Positions 42,840 through 52,582 of a DNA stretch of 64,000 nt are shown here, one piece after another. A program made the position numbers and the translations under genes. A model generated the notes under the pieces. The model did no database searches. It had not been told where the DNA came from and saw only the letters and a program-made list of their open reading frames with translations. How positions within the stretch are numbered: the stretch's first letter is position 1; the number at the start of each line of letters is the position of its first letter. Where the stretch lies: positions 40,575 to 104,574 of the IMG/VR virus record IMGVR_UViG_3300044844_000854. One strand, 5' to 3'. This stretch comes from a virus.

Positions 42840-43221
42840 ATTATCAAAAAAATTGGGGATTAAAAAACCTAAGCCTAATCTATTTGAAACTGAACAAAAG
42901 ACAAATAGACAAAGAGGTGATAAACACGAACAAGATACTGCAAATGAAATCAATGGTAATACACAACCAAATTCAGGTGCAACTGCATGGCAACGATATA
43001 AAGGAGATGTATCTAGTGATAACTTTTTATATCAATGCAAACTAACAGATAAGAATAGATTTACGATCAATGAAACGATCTTAGCTGAAATCACAAGACA
43101 AGCTAGAGTAAATCATAAAGACCCTGTTGTTGTGATCAAAATGGAAAGCATACAGAAACCAACACCTAATGAATGGTGTATGATACCTATGGAAGTGTAT
43201 AAATATTTAATAGGTGAATGA
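42832..43221 (+). CDS. PD-(D/E)XK nuclease, probable Holliday junction resolvase
   Basis: HEQ..A, PNSGA, KGDV, YQCKLT. Confidence 0.75.
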   Translation: MSELSKKLGIKKPKPNLFETEQKTNRQRGDKHEQDTANEINGNTQPNSGATAWQRYKGDVSSDNFLYQCKLTDKNRFTINETILAEITRQARVNHKDPVVVIKMESIQKPTPNEWCMIPMEVYKYLIGE

Positions 43222-43227
43222 AACTTT

Positions 43228-43256
43228 TTGACAAGTAAAATCAAACTAGATATGAT
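43228..43256 (+). promoter_or_regulatory. sigma70-type promoter upstream of the ParB-like gene
   Basis: TTGACA-17-TATGAT. Confidence 0.7.
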
Positions 43257-43317
43257 CTGATTGTTCATGTCTAAATACATGATATAAAAAAACGGAATAG
43301 CTAAAAAAGGATTTAAA

Positions 43318-44280
43318 ATGATTGAATACTCAAGAAGAAATGTAGATATATCTTTAGATAAAATCACTACTACATTTATCAGCAATCCAAGACAATCTTA
43401 TGATGAAGATTATATCACATCACTTATGCAGAGTATTGCAAGTATTGGTCAACAACAAGCAGTATGTGTATATGAAATTACTAAAGGTAAATATGGACTT
43501 GTATGGGGATTTTGTAGATTTAAAGCGATAGAAGAACTATCCAAGCATGGTGAAGGTGATAATACCATTCGTGCAGATATTTTAGATCCCAAGACTAATA
43601 TGGGGGATTTACTATTACTTAACCTACAAGAGAATGTTGTAAGAAAACAATTGACACCTTTAGAAGAGGCTAAGGCAATTGAATACCTACAAGATCATAA
43701 AACACAAGATGAAATTTGTGATGCTTTAGGTTGGTCAAAATCCCTATTTACACAAAGATCAAAAATCCTTAGCTATTCTGAAATCCTACAACAAGCTATT
43801 CAAGATGGATTACCTACTAGAGCAGCATCTCTTATCTCTGAATTACCAGAAGAATTACATGAGAAGTATATTGATATTGCAATGACTACATCTGTAGTTA
43901 AATTAAGAGAATTGATTGATGCTTATCTTAACTCTAATCAAGATGAAAGAGAGCCTGTTGATGTATCTAGCATTACACTTGATACAAATGATGAAGAAGA
44001 AGAACAAGAAGATAATGATACTGATTATATTGAGTCACCTACATTATCTAGAGCAGGTGATTTAAGGGATTTACTATTATCCTTACTATCTCAAGTTACA
44101 GATAGTGATGATCAAATTATGGCAGTTCAATCCATTGATTTTACAAGACTACTATCCGTTGATCAAGATCGCTTATTATCCGTCCTACAATTCTTAGCTA
44201 GTGATGATGATGATATTGAATATGAAGAAGTAGATGATGATGATGATGATGACTTTGATGATGATGATGATGATGAGTAA
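43318..44280 (+). CDS. ParB/Spo0J-like protein with HTH and highly acidic tail
   Basis: NPRQSYD, LMQSIASIGQQQAV, LVWGFCRFKA, QENVVRKQLTPLEEAKA, TQDEICDALGWSKS; poly-D C-terminus. Confidence 0.85.
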   Translation: MIEYSRRNVDISLDKITTTFISNPRQSYDEDYITSLMQSIASIGQQQAVCVYEITKGKYGLVWGFCRFKAIEELSKHGEGDNTIRADILDPKTNMGDLLLLNLQENVVRKQLTPLEEAKAIEYLQDHKTQDEICDALGWSKSLFTQRSKILSYSEILQQAIQDGLPTRAASLISELPEELHEKYIDIAMTTSVVKLRELIDAYLNSNQDEREPVDVSSITLDTNDEEEEQEDNDTDYIESPTLSRAGDLRDLLLSLLSQVTDSDDQIMAVQSIDFTRLLSVDQDRLLSVLQFLASDDDDIEYEEVDDDDDDDFDDDDDDE

Positions 44281-44283
44281 TAA

Positions 44284-44988
44284 ATGATTACGGTAGCTAT
44301 TCCTGTATTTAATACTAAGCCTGCATATTTACTTGAGGCTATTCAATCAATCATATCACAAACATATACAGAATTTGAGTTAATGATACTTAATGATGGC
44401 TCTACATATCGAGATACACTTGCATTTTTAACTATTGTTGAAACACTTGATCCTAGAATTAGGTATATCAACTTTAAACAAAATCAAGGTATTGCAAAAA
44501 TAGGTAATGCAATCTTCTCTTTAGCTAAATATGATTTAATTGCAAGATTAGATAGTGATGATATTGCACTACCTACAAGACTTGAAAAACAAGTTAAATA
44601 CATGAATGAAAATCCAAATGTAGATATACTTGGAACAGGATTACACTTTTACCAATATGATGAAAAAAACGGTTGGTATAAAGGACAATCCCAAATATTC
44701 TACCCACAAATAGACAAACAGATTGCAACTAATTCTATGTGGTTTATCCACCAACCTTGTTGTATGTTTAGAAAAAGTAAAGACTTATACTATGATGAAA
44801 CTATAGAATACTTTGCAGAAGATTTTGATCTATTTATTCGTGCAATTAAACAAGGTAAGATACTACACAATTTAGATGATTACTTAAACCTATATCGCAT
44901 ACATAGTAATAGTTTATCTGCTCATCACTTTTCAAATCCTAAGCATTATGATAGAATGTTATTACTTAGAAAAACACTGTTAGGATAA
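44284..44988 (+). CDS. GT2 (GT-A) glycosyltransferase
   Basis: ITVAIPVFN, ILNDGST, NQGI, ARLDSDD, AEDFDL. Confidence 0.93.
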   Translation: MITVAIPVFNTKPAYLLEAIQSIISQTYTEFELMILNDGSTYRDTLAFLTIVETLDPRIRYINFKQNQGIAKIGNAIFSLAKYDLIARLDSDDIALPTRLEKQVKYMNENPNVDILGTGLHFYQYDEKNGWYKGQSQIFYPQIDKQIATNSMWFIHQPCCMFRKSKDLYYDETIEYFAEDFDLFIRAIKQGKILHNLDDYLNLYRIHSNSLSAHHFSNPKHYDRMLLLRKTLLG

Positions 44989-44992
44989 TAAA

Positions 44993-46000
44993 ATGCTAGA
45001 CCAATCACTACTTGATAGGGTAATGCCAAGAATATCTAAATATGATAAATTTGAGCAGAAAATAAGATTATCTCATCTTAGGTATACAGATGATGGGTAT
45101 ATGGTTACACAAAAACCAATCAATGATAGGAAATACTTTAATCTTACTGATTATGCTAAAGACAATCTATTAGGTAAATTAGGAATACCTAAGAATTACT
45201 TTGCAAAAATTTCGGAAAGAAACAAAAAACTATCTGTAGAAATGATCAATGATGGATTATTAAGTGATAAAGAACACTACACAATTAAATTCATGGACGA
45301 TCATATTCGTGGTGTTCTTAATAGTGATGTAAAAACACTTGATGATATGACTATGCTAGCAGCAGTACAACAAGGTTTAAATGATACTGATTATGAATTA
45401 AGATCACTACATGTAGACCATAATGGATTATTCTTAAAACTATTATTTAAAGATACATACAATGACACATCTGTATATGCTAGATCATCTTCTCTTAGAG
45501 GTGGAATTACAATTACAAATTCAGATAACCTATATGCTGAAACAAGTGTAAAACCATTTTTATTTAGACAGGTATGTACAAATGATGCAACAATGAATAG
45601 TGAGAAATCATTTATTCTTAAAAACAATGTAGGGTATTCTAAAGAAGATTTATCATATAGAATTGCATCACTTGTAGCTTATTCTGTACTTAATGGTGGT
45701 GAATATGCAAGAGTTGCACTTGGATTAAATACCCTATCCATACCTAAGGATAAAATTAAAGGTATTATTGAGCAACTATGTAATCAAAATGATCTTAGTG
45801 TAAATGAAATTAAGCAGATTATTGTATCATTCAATAAAGAGCCACTCTACACACCTTTTGGGATATGTAATGCATTTACAGATTGTGCTAAGAATTTTGA
45901 AACTACTGATCTATTTAAGAAACAAAAACTTGAAGATATAGGTGGACAATATTTCAACTTACCAAAAGATAATTGGAAAGAATTACTAAAAATAGCATAG
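44993..46000 (+). CDS. DUF932/DUF945-like phage protein
   Basis: GGITITNSD...VKPFLFRQVCTN and FGICNAFT motifs. Confidence 0.6.
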   Translation: MLDQSLLDRVMPRISKYDKFEQKIRLSHLRYTDDGYMVTQKPINDRKYFNLTDYAKDNLLGKLGIPKNYFAKISERNKKLSVEMINDGLLSDKEHYTIKFMDDHIRGVLNSDVKTLDDMTMLAAVQQGLNDTDYELRSLHVDHNGLFLKLLFKDTYNDTSVYARSSSLRGGITITNSDNLYAETSVKPFLFRQVCTNDATMNSEKSFILKNNVGYSKEDLSYRIASLVAYSVLNGGEYARVALGLNTLSIPKDKIKGIIEQLCNQNDLSVNEIKQIIVSFNKEPLYTPFGICNAFTDCAKNFETTDLFKKQKLEDIGGQYFNLPKDNWKELLKIA

Positions 46001-46051
46001 CTAATGTGTTTATATGCAAACAGCATTGACACAGAAAAGACAGACAAAGAT

Positions 46052-47107
46052 ATGAAAAACATACTTAAAGAACTTTACAATCCTGAGAACTATACAAAAT
46101 CAGCAGTAGCTAAAGAAGATGCACAACAAAAAACGGAAGTTAAAAAAGAAGAAGAACAACCAAAATACAAAAAAGGAACATTCTTCTCTAACATTGACCT
46201 AAGTAATAAAGAAGTAAAACAATCTAAAGCATACACTGAATATCCTGTAAAATCTTTAGGGATTATATCTGTAATAGATAAGCATATTGAACAGAAAAAG
46301 AATGAGCCACGATTTGGATTTCACCCATCTTCAATTTCTTTAGAAGATCCATTTTGTGCAAGGTATCATGCATTCCGTCATACAAGAGATGCACTATTCC
46401 AAACAGGTATCTTTGAAACCATTGAAGAAGCAAATCAAGCATTATCCATTCGTGGTAGATCAATAGATGTAGCATTACAAAGAGTATTTGATACAGGTCA
46501 TGCACTACACTCTATGTATCAAAATGATTATCTTTCTAGCATTCTTTGGGGTAAATGGGAAAGATATAATAAGGAAACAAAACTTGCAGAAGAACACATT
46601 GGTCATAAACCCGAAGGCAGGGGATGGGAATATATTGAGCCTACAATCAAAAATTCTGAATATGAAATTACAGGTCATACAGATGGTATTCTTAGAATAA
46701 ATGATGAATGGTATCTACTAGAGATTAAAAGTGCAAATGATGCAAGTTGGTCATTTATGCATTCACCTAGAGATGCACACCAAAAACAAGCACAGTTATA
46801 TTTACACTCTACATTGATTGGGTTTGAAGAGATAGAGCCAAAAGGTGTTGTATTTTTGTATGTAAATAAGAATACATCTAAGGAAAAGGAATTTCTTGTA
46901 TTAAAAGATAGCACAATGATACAACCAATCTTTGACGGCTTAAAGCTATTCTATGATTGCCTAGATAAACAAGAACTACCATCTAAGGTATGTTTAAGAA
47001 AGAAATGCCCTAGAGCAAATGATTGTCCTGCTCAAGAACTATGCTTTATGCTAGATGCAGGTATTGTAGGTGCAAAACAATTACAAAACATGATTTCCAA
47101 CAGGTAA
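46052..47107 (+). CDS. Cas4-like PD-(D/E)XK exonuclease with Fe-S Cys cluster
   Basis: FHPSSI...C, FDTGHALH, GHTDG, LLEIKS, QAQLY, C-terminal C..C...C.....C. Confidence 0.85.
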   Translation: MKNILKELYNPENYTKSAVAKEDAQQKTEVKKEEEQPKYKKGTFFSNIDLSNKEVKQSKAYTEYPVKSLGIISVIDKHIEQKKNEPRFGFHPSSISLEDPFCARYHAFRHTRDALFQTGIFETIEEANQALSIRGRSIDVALQRVFDTGHALHSMYQNDYLSSILWGKWERYNKETKLAEEHIGHKPEGRGWEYIEPTIKNSEYEITGHTDGILRINDEWYLLEIKSANDASWSFMHSPRDAHQKQAQLYLHSTLIGFEEIEPKGVVFLYVNKNTSKEKEFLVLKDSTMIQPIFDGLKLFYDCLDKQELPSKVCLRKKCPRANDCPAQELCFMLDAGIVGAKQLQNMISNR

Positions 47108-47158
47108 AAAACGGAACATTAAAAAACCAAACAGATAAGACACTACAAAGGAAACACT

Positions 47159-47662
47159 ATGTCATTCTATGAAAACAAACCAATTACAAAGAAACAACAA
47201 AATACAAGTGAATACACTACAACATCTCTAGACACACAGATGGTATTTAAAGTACCACAAATGCCTACAATGACAGATGAAGAATTACAATCACTTGAAT
47301 TACCTTTAGATTTATCACAATGCCCAACAGACCAGCTTGTAGCATTATTCACCTACTATACACACCTTGTAGCAACTACAGGGTATCAACTCTCACTGAT
47401 TGCAGGTAATGAATTACAATTACAGGTAGAGGTAGAGAGTGAAACTGCAATTCAATACTCTCAAGCAAGCTCAACTAAAGTAGGTGATAGAAAGCAGCAA
47501 GCAAGTGCATCTTTATCCGTTGTTAGCCTTAAACAAGAACTAATTCAAGCAACTAAAGATAAAATCATTGTAAATGCATTGCTAGAGGGTTATAAGACTA
47601 AATACTATTCTATTAAGAATGAACTTGATAGACGAGTACATATTAGGTACGAACATTCCTAA
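47159..47662 (+). CDS. Helical hypothetical protein, possibly a UvsY-like recombination mediator
   Basis: All-helical, ends in ELDRR; lies in the recombination module (inference). Confidence 0.4.
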   Translation: MSFYENKPITKKQQNTSEYTTTSLDTQMVFKVPQMPTMTDEELQSLELPLDLSQCPTDQLVALFTYYTHLVATTGYQLSLIAGNELQLQVEVESETAIQYSQASSTKVGDRKQQASASLSVVSLKQELIQATKDKIIVNALLEGYKTKYYSIKNELDRRVHIRYEHS

Positions 47663-47698
47663 ACCAACCATAACACAAGAAAAACGGAACAAACAAAA

Positions 47699-47986
47699 AT
47701 GGAAGAAAAACAAATTATCAACTTAAAGGTTAGTGGTAAATCTGATCCATCTAAAGTAGCAGGTGCTATTGTAAAATATATGCATGAAGGTAATGAAGTA
47801 GAAATCACTACTATTGGTGCAAGTGCAATCAATCAAGCAGTAAAAGCTCTAGCAATTGCAAGGGGAATGGTAGGAACAAGTGGCTATGATTTATCATTTA
47901 TTGTAGGTTTTGCAGAAGAAACAATTGATGATGAATTAAGAACAGCAATTAAATTCTTCCCTATCAAGACTAAATTTGGTAAATAA
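47699..47986 (+). CDS. spoVS: Stage V sporulation protein S family (Alba-like fold)
   Basis: LKVSGKSDPSKVAGAI...IGASAINQAVKALAIARG...GF....IDDELRTAIKF, a near-consensus SpoVS. Confidence 0.93.
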   Translation: MEEKQIINLKVSGKSDPSKVAGAIVKYMHEGNEVEITTIGASAINQAVKALAIARGMVGTSGYDLSFIVGFAEETIDDELRTAIKFFPIKTKFGK

Positions 47987-48029
47987 TAACTACTCACTAC
48001 TCACTCACTAAAAAAACGGACATTTAAAA

Positions 48030-48089
48030 ATGGCTAAAACACAAATGCCTACTAAAGATAAAGGCACAACCAAACCAAAGAAATGCTAA
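48030..48089 (+). CDS. Possible 19-aa basic micro-protein
   Basis: MAKTQMPTKDKGTTKPKKC*; ATG is 13 nt from the CGG of a motif copy, the same spacing as for real genes. Confidence 0.35.
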   Translation: MAKTQMPTKDKGTTKPKKC

Positions 48090-48143
48090 ACACTAATCTA
48101 TACACTCTTTAGATATAGATAAGAAAAAACGGAAGATACAAAA

Positions 48144-48848
48144 ATGACAAAAGAAAAAACATATAAAATTGTAGAGATGTATGAAACAATACAAGGTGAA
48201 GGCTTTTGGTCAGGTCACTCTATATTCATCATTAGATTTAAAGGTTGTAATGTATGGACAGGTAAAGAAAGTGATCGACATAAAGCTAAAGCAATGTGTG
48301 GATTATGGTGTGATACAAACTTTGTAGATACCAAAAAGGAAAAGAAAGGTGGTACATATACCCTAGATGAATTAGAAGAATATGTACTAACCAATGTATC
48401 ACCTGAAAGAACACCTATCATTCTACTTACAGGTGGTGAACCAATGTTACAGGTAGATGCTGAATTGATTACTTCATTTATTGATATGGATTTTAGAGTA
48501 CATATTGAAACCAATGGAAGTCAGTCAGTAGAAGAAGTTCTAAAGGTAATCAATGAAAATCCACCATTTATGATTAGTACGGTATGGGTAACAGTATCAC
48601 CTAAGCCACCATTACCATTACATAAGAGTTTATTTGATTTACCACCATTTGCATTAGAGTTAAAGTGTGTGTTTGATAAACAGATGGATTTACATGCTTA
48701 TGATGATTTAGAATGTTATGCTAGATATATCCAACCTGTTGAAATTGATGGTAAGACTAATCTACAACAGTGTATTGATTTTGTTATGAATAATGGCAAT
48801 AGATTTGCACTTACAACACAAGCCCATAAAGTTTGGAAAATTGAATAA
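48144..48848 (+). CDS. queE: 7-carboxy-7-deazaguanine synthase (radical SAM)
   Basis: ETIQGEG, IRFKGCNVW-x-CGLWCDT (expanded Cx14Cx3C), LLTGGEPMLQ, HIETNG, VTVSPK, QAHK. Confidence 0.93.
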   Translation: MTKEKTYKIVEMYETIQGEGFWSGHSIFIIRFKGCNVWTGKESDRHKAKAMCGLWCDTNFVDTKKEKKGGTYTLDELEEYVLTNVSPERTPIILLTGGEPMLQVDAELITSFIDMDFRVHIETNGSQSVEEVLKVINENPPFMISTVWVTVSPKPPLPLHKSLFDLPPFALELKCVFDKQMDLHAYDDLECYARYIQPVEIDGKTNLQQCIDFVMNNGNRFALTTQAHKVWKIE

Positions 48849-48918
48849 AATTAAGCAATAATCACAATAAACTTGATACATAGAGTGTTTAATGTTAAGG
48901 TTTTATGGTTGTTGTTGA

Positions 48919-48970
48919 AGTAGCTCATTTGATCTCTTATCCTTGGGGGATTGAATGGGCTATTTTATTT
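48919..48970 (+). terminator. Long stem-loop / probable terminator after queE
   Basis: AGTAGCTCATTTGATCTC...GGGGATTGAATGGGCTATT followed by a T-rich tract. Confidence 0.6.
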
Positions 48971-49282
48971 TAATCTCTTTATATGCTTTAAAATGCTTTA
49001 ATTTGATCATTCTATACTTGTTTAATACTTACCTATCTAAAACATATAATCTATTCTTAAAATGCTTTAAATCATGCTTAAAATGAATTTTTATCTTTAA
49101 TCTATATCAATCATTCATACTTGTTTTTTTACCTATATCAATTTTTAATATACCTGATCAAATTCTAATGATACCAATTTTATAGTAAAAATAAATAAAT
49201 ATCAGCACTTTACAATTTACACTTTCTCAATACTCATTTATAAAATCACTATATATTTCAATACCTTAGACAATATAGAAAT

Positions 49283-49311
49283 TTGATTTTTTCACTAAGA
49301 AATGATATAAT
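49283..49311 (+). promoter_or_regulatory. Promoter with CACTAAGA spacer box
   Basis: TTGATT-17-TATAAT, extended TG. Confidence 0.65.
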
Positions 49312-49372
49312 GACTTTGCTTTAAATGATCACTTGATCAAAACCACCTACATGATGACGGAGAAAAGTCAAA

Positions 49373-49900
49373 ATGAGAACAAAAAGAACAACCGTTTCAG
49401 GTGTCTATTGGGACATCTTGGTAAAAAATCACCACAACGGCACAAATACCATTCCTAAGAAACCATTCAATTCAAATTGGAATGACAGTCATACACCTGT
49501 TGTAGATCACTCTTGGAACAAATACTCAAAAACAATTAGAGTTATGTTTGATGTTATTAGCAATGGTGAAGATTATCCTGATCGACAATATCAGATCAAT
49601 GTCGTCAATGTTTGGACATCATGCCCTGATAGTAGTAAATTCAATGACTACACAGATACACAACTTGCTTGGCTACATAAACTTATGACAGTATGTGTGA
49701 TCTTAAACGAACTTGTAGTTAGCGATAGTAGTTTAAATCGTGATATTGTTAAGATCAACTCTATCTTAGACACTTTATATGCTAAGCAAGATGATGTATC
49801 TAAGATCAAATTAAATGATGCACAAAGAGAAAATGCATTGATGCTTTTAGATCAATATAAGGCTCACCCCAAAATGTTAAGGCTATCCACAATCAAATAA
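49373..49900 (+). CDS. Hypothetical protein
   Basis: GGAG RBS, 175 aa. Confidence 0.6.
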   Translation: MRTKRTTVSGVYWDILVKNHHNGTNTIPKKPFNSNWNDSHTPVVDHSWNKYSKTIRVMFDVISNGEDYPDRQYQINVVNVWTSCPDSSKFNDYTDTQLAWLHKLMTVCVILNELVVSDSSLNRDIVKINSILDTLYAKQDDVSKIKLNDAQRENALMLLDQYKAHPKMLRLSTIK

Positions 49901-49984
49901 TGGATATTTACGATATACACTAAGTAATCTATACTTGTATCATAAATTCTTTCATAAACCACACTTGCAACAAACGAGATTAAA

Positions 49985-51019
49985 ATGCGAGAACTCACTT
50001 TTGAAGAAGAAACAGCAATCACTTTACTAGAAACTGCTGTAAGACTAAAACCCAAAGCAACTGCACTCAAAAACGGAGCAGAAAAACTTTTGTCATTTTT
50101 AAACTCTAACAGATCAGAACGACCAAAACTGACTGAAAAGAATATTGAAGAACTTGACAATGTGTTAGCTAAACATGGTATCAACTTGGCAGTATTGTTA
50201 AAGACACAACCTACTACACAAGCTAAACAGACACCTATCGTAAATCCTGCAATGGAAGCATATAAACAAGCATTTGCGATTGCAACACCTATTGTTAGTG
50301 ATAGTAGTGTTGAACAACCAAAGGCAACTGTTACTGTGCTAAATAGCCAAATCGAAACAATTAAGAGTAAATTGTTAAAGTTAAGACTACAATTCAAACT
50401 TGATGATAAAGCAAACAAAAACAAGAATGAATGGCTTGATACCTTTTCTAGTGATTGTTTAGATCGTATTGCAAAATATGGTGATCGCACAAAATTTACA
50501 GATAAGCAGATTGATGTGATCAACAAATATGTACAAGATGATGATAACAATCTTAGCTACACACCACAGACAAACTACACACTTGCAGATGTTAGTGGTA
50601 ATAAGCTAAGAGAACTTATCCTACATACTCGTGATGTAATGGGCAAATATGCTATTGTAGGTGATACAATTCAGCACAACTACTCTATGTTATGGAATAC
50701 ACAAAGTGCTACAATCAACAAGCTACTTACACTTGAACTTACAGATGCACAAATTGTTTGGATTGTAGACTTTATGATCAAACTACAAGAAAATAGTCGT
50801 ATTGTTGCTAAGGATCACAAAGAAGATGATCGTAGAAAAAACTATTTCAAATGTGTAGAACTACTTAAAAAACTTGTAGATGGTTTAGCTACCAAACAAG
50901 ACTTACTTACTAAAGAAGATCGTGTGTTTTTACAAAGCTATGTTAAAAATACTTGGTCAAATGAGCCAATCCAAGAAGTAATCAACAGAACTGTTGAAAC
51001 ACAAAGAGAAAGACAATAA
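49985..51019 (+). CDS. Hypothetical helical protein with repeated (L/F)T(D/E)xQ motifs
   Basis: 344-aa ORF. Confidence 0.6.
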   Translation: MRELTFEEETAITLLETAVRLKPKATALKNGAEKLLSFLNSNRSERPKLTEKNIEELDNVLAKHGINLAVLLKTQPTTQAKQTPIVNPAMEAYKQAFAIATPIVSDSSVEQPKATVTVLNSQIETIKSKLLKLRLQFKLDDKANKNKNEWLDTFSSDCLDRIAKYGDRTKFTDKQIDVINKYVQDDDNNLSYTPQTNYTLADVSGNKLRELILHTRDVMGKYAIVGDTIQHNYSMLWNTQSATINKLLTLELTDAQIVWIVDFMIKLQENSRIVAKDHKEDDRRKNYFKCVELLKKLVDGLATKQDLLTKEDRVFLQSYVKNTWSNEPIQEVINRTVETQRERQ

Positions 51020-51025
51020 CAACAA

Positions 51026-51439
51026 ATGTCAGACACAAAATACAAAACAAGGTTAAGATTAAGAGTATTCAACATTGAAAAAGAAAAGCTCTATTTCTTA
51101 AATGTGGATTATAGCTACAATTCTATGACTATTGCTAAACAACATCAGCAATCAACATATGAAGAATGTGAAGAAATTTGTGCTACCTTAGCACTGATTG
51201 CAAAATCAAATGGACTTGACAATGATGAGCTACAGGCAATTGTAATTCCTTTAGTGGATTATATGTATATGAACCATGCAAGCTATGATCGTAAGGAATT
51301 TAAAGATGATGTGCCTAGAACTACTGCACTATGTAGAATGATTGAAATCACAAATATCTACAAGTATTTAGGTGATATTAAGACAAACACAATCTTTAGT
51401 GATTATCTCAAATCCAAAGATATGTTATGGGGTATTTAA
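51026..51439 (+). CDS. Hypothetical protein
   Basis: 137 aa, coupled to the previous gene. Confidence 0.55.
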   Translation: MSDTKYKTRLRLRVFNIEKEKLYFLNVDYSYNSMTIAKQHQQSTYEECEEICATLALIAKSNGLDNDELQAIVIPLVDYMYMNHASYDRKEFKDDVPRTTALCRMIEITNIYKYLGDIKTNTIFSDYLKSKDMLWGI

Positions 51440-51527
51440 GATCATACTAAACTAGACTAAAAAAAACGGAATTTAAAAAAAAGGCAATAGGTAAAAAAAT
51501 ACGAACATATTTATATATGTTTAGATA

Positions 51528-51556
51528 TTTATAACACTCACTAAGAACATTATAAT
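51528..51556 (+). promoter_or_regulatory. Promoter with CACTAAGA spacer box
   Basis: TTTATA-17-TATAAT preceded by TAGATA. Confidence 0.65.
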
Positions 51557-51604
51557 TGATTATATCTTTTATGATATTCTTTTTTTCAACAACAAGGAGA
51601 TATT

Positions 51605-52516
51605 GTGCAAGCACTTATCAAATTCTTAGCTACATACCATTCAGTTATAGGTGAGATCGTACCCCAACACTCTCTTATGCTATGTGTATGCTTGGCAGAT
51701 AAAATCATTGGTATCAACACTACTGTAGATAACCTTACTACTAGATGTTGTGTCAATAAATATGCAGTAGACTTACTTGCATCTCGTACAGGTTATGTTG
51801 TCGTTCAAGGTAATAACATTTACTTACAAGATACATTCTTTAAGGATTTCAACATTGTTCAACAAGAACTAGCTATGGAAGTCGTATACATTGATAAATA
51901 TGTAGCACCTGAACAACCAATCGTTAGAACAGAGCAATCACCACCTGCAATCATGCTTACAACAGATAGTGGTGAACAACGATACATTGAACTTGTGCCT
52001 GCTGGTAGCACAGAAAAACCTATCCAACTGATCAATAATACAGATGCTTTAGGTACACTTACTAAAACACTCATGGCTACTGCTGATAAAAAGGCAAGCA
52101 CACGAAAGGCAGCACCAAAACAAAAAGCTACACAAGAAGGTAGCACTAATGCTGTTATTGTTGCTTTAGAGTTGTTTGATGAGTTATATCGCACTAAGTT
52201 TGCTGATTTGCCACCACCTAAGCATTCAATGAAAGATCGCACATCACTTAAAGAACTTGCTGATCACTTTGGTGGCAAGGTTTTGTCAGATACAATTCAA
52301 TGGTTTTTCACCAATTACGAAGAACTAAAGAAGAAATATAATTGGTCTTATCCTAGTGTTGGACTATTCTACGGTTTCAGAAATTCAATCTTCCCATTAG
52401 CTATCAAGAACGAAAAGGTTGATAACAATGTAAAATGGGGATCACACCACAAGGAAGATAATGAGAGAGATGATGGTGATGAAGTTGGATTTGGTATCAA
52501 GTTAGATGATGAATAA
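51605..52516 (+). CDS. Hypothetical protein, candidate replication initiator
   Basis: AAGGAG RBS with GTG start; two domains joined by a basic linker; upstream of loader, helicase and primase (inference). Confidence 0.45.
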   Translation: MQALIKFLATYHSVIGEIVPQHSLMLCVCLADKIIGINTTVDNLTTRCCVNKYAVDLLASRTGYVVVQGNNIYLQDTFFKDFNIVQQELAMEVVYIDKYVAPEQPIVRTEQSPPAIMLTTDSGEQRYIELVPAGSTEKPIQLINNTDALGTLTKTLMATADKKASTRKAAPKQKATQEGSTNAVIVALELFDELYRTKFADLPPPKHSMKDRTSLKELADHFGGKVLSDTIQWFFTNYEELKKKYNWSYPSVGLFYGFRNSIFPLAIKNEKVDNNVKWGSHHKEDNERDDGDEVGFGIKLDDE

Positions 52517-52582
52517 TTGACAGATTATATTTGTTTATATATAGTATGACTACTTGCATAATACAACATAGGAGTAGTCATA

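Noticed and set aside
44200-44277. (GAT)n microsatellite-like run
   Set aside because: Simply encodes the poly-Asp tail of the ParB-like protein
46052-47107. Cas4-like nuclease as evidence of a CRISPR-Cas system
   Set aside because: No repeat-spacer array or other cas genes; stand-alone Cas4-like exonucleases are common in phage recombination modules
47699-47986. Assigning the host as a spore-forming Firmicute from spoVS
   Set aside because: SpoVS occurs in several non-sporulating phyla; the host cannot be determined from this window
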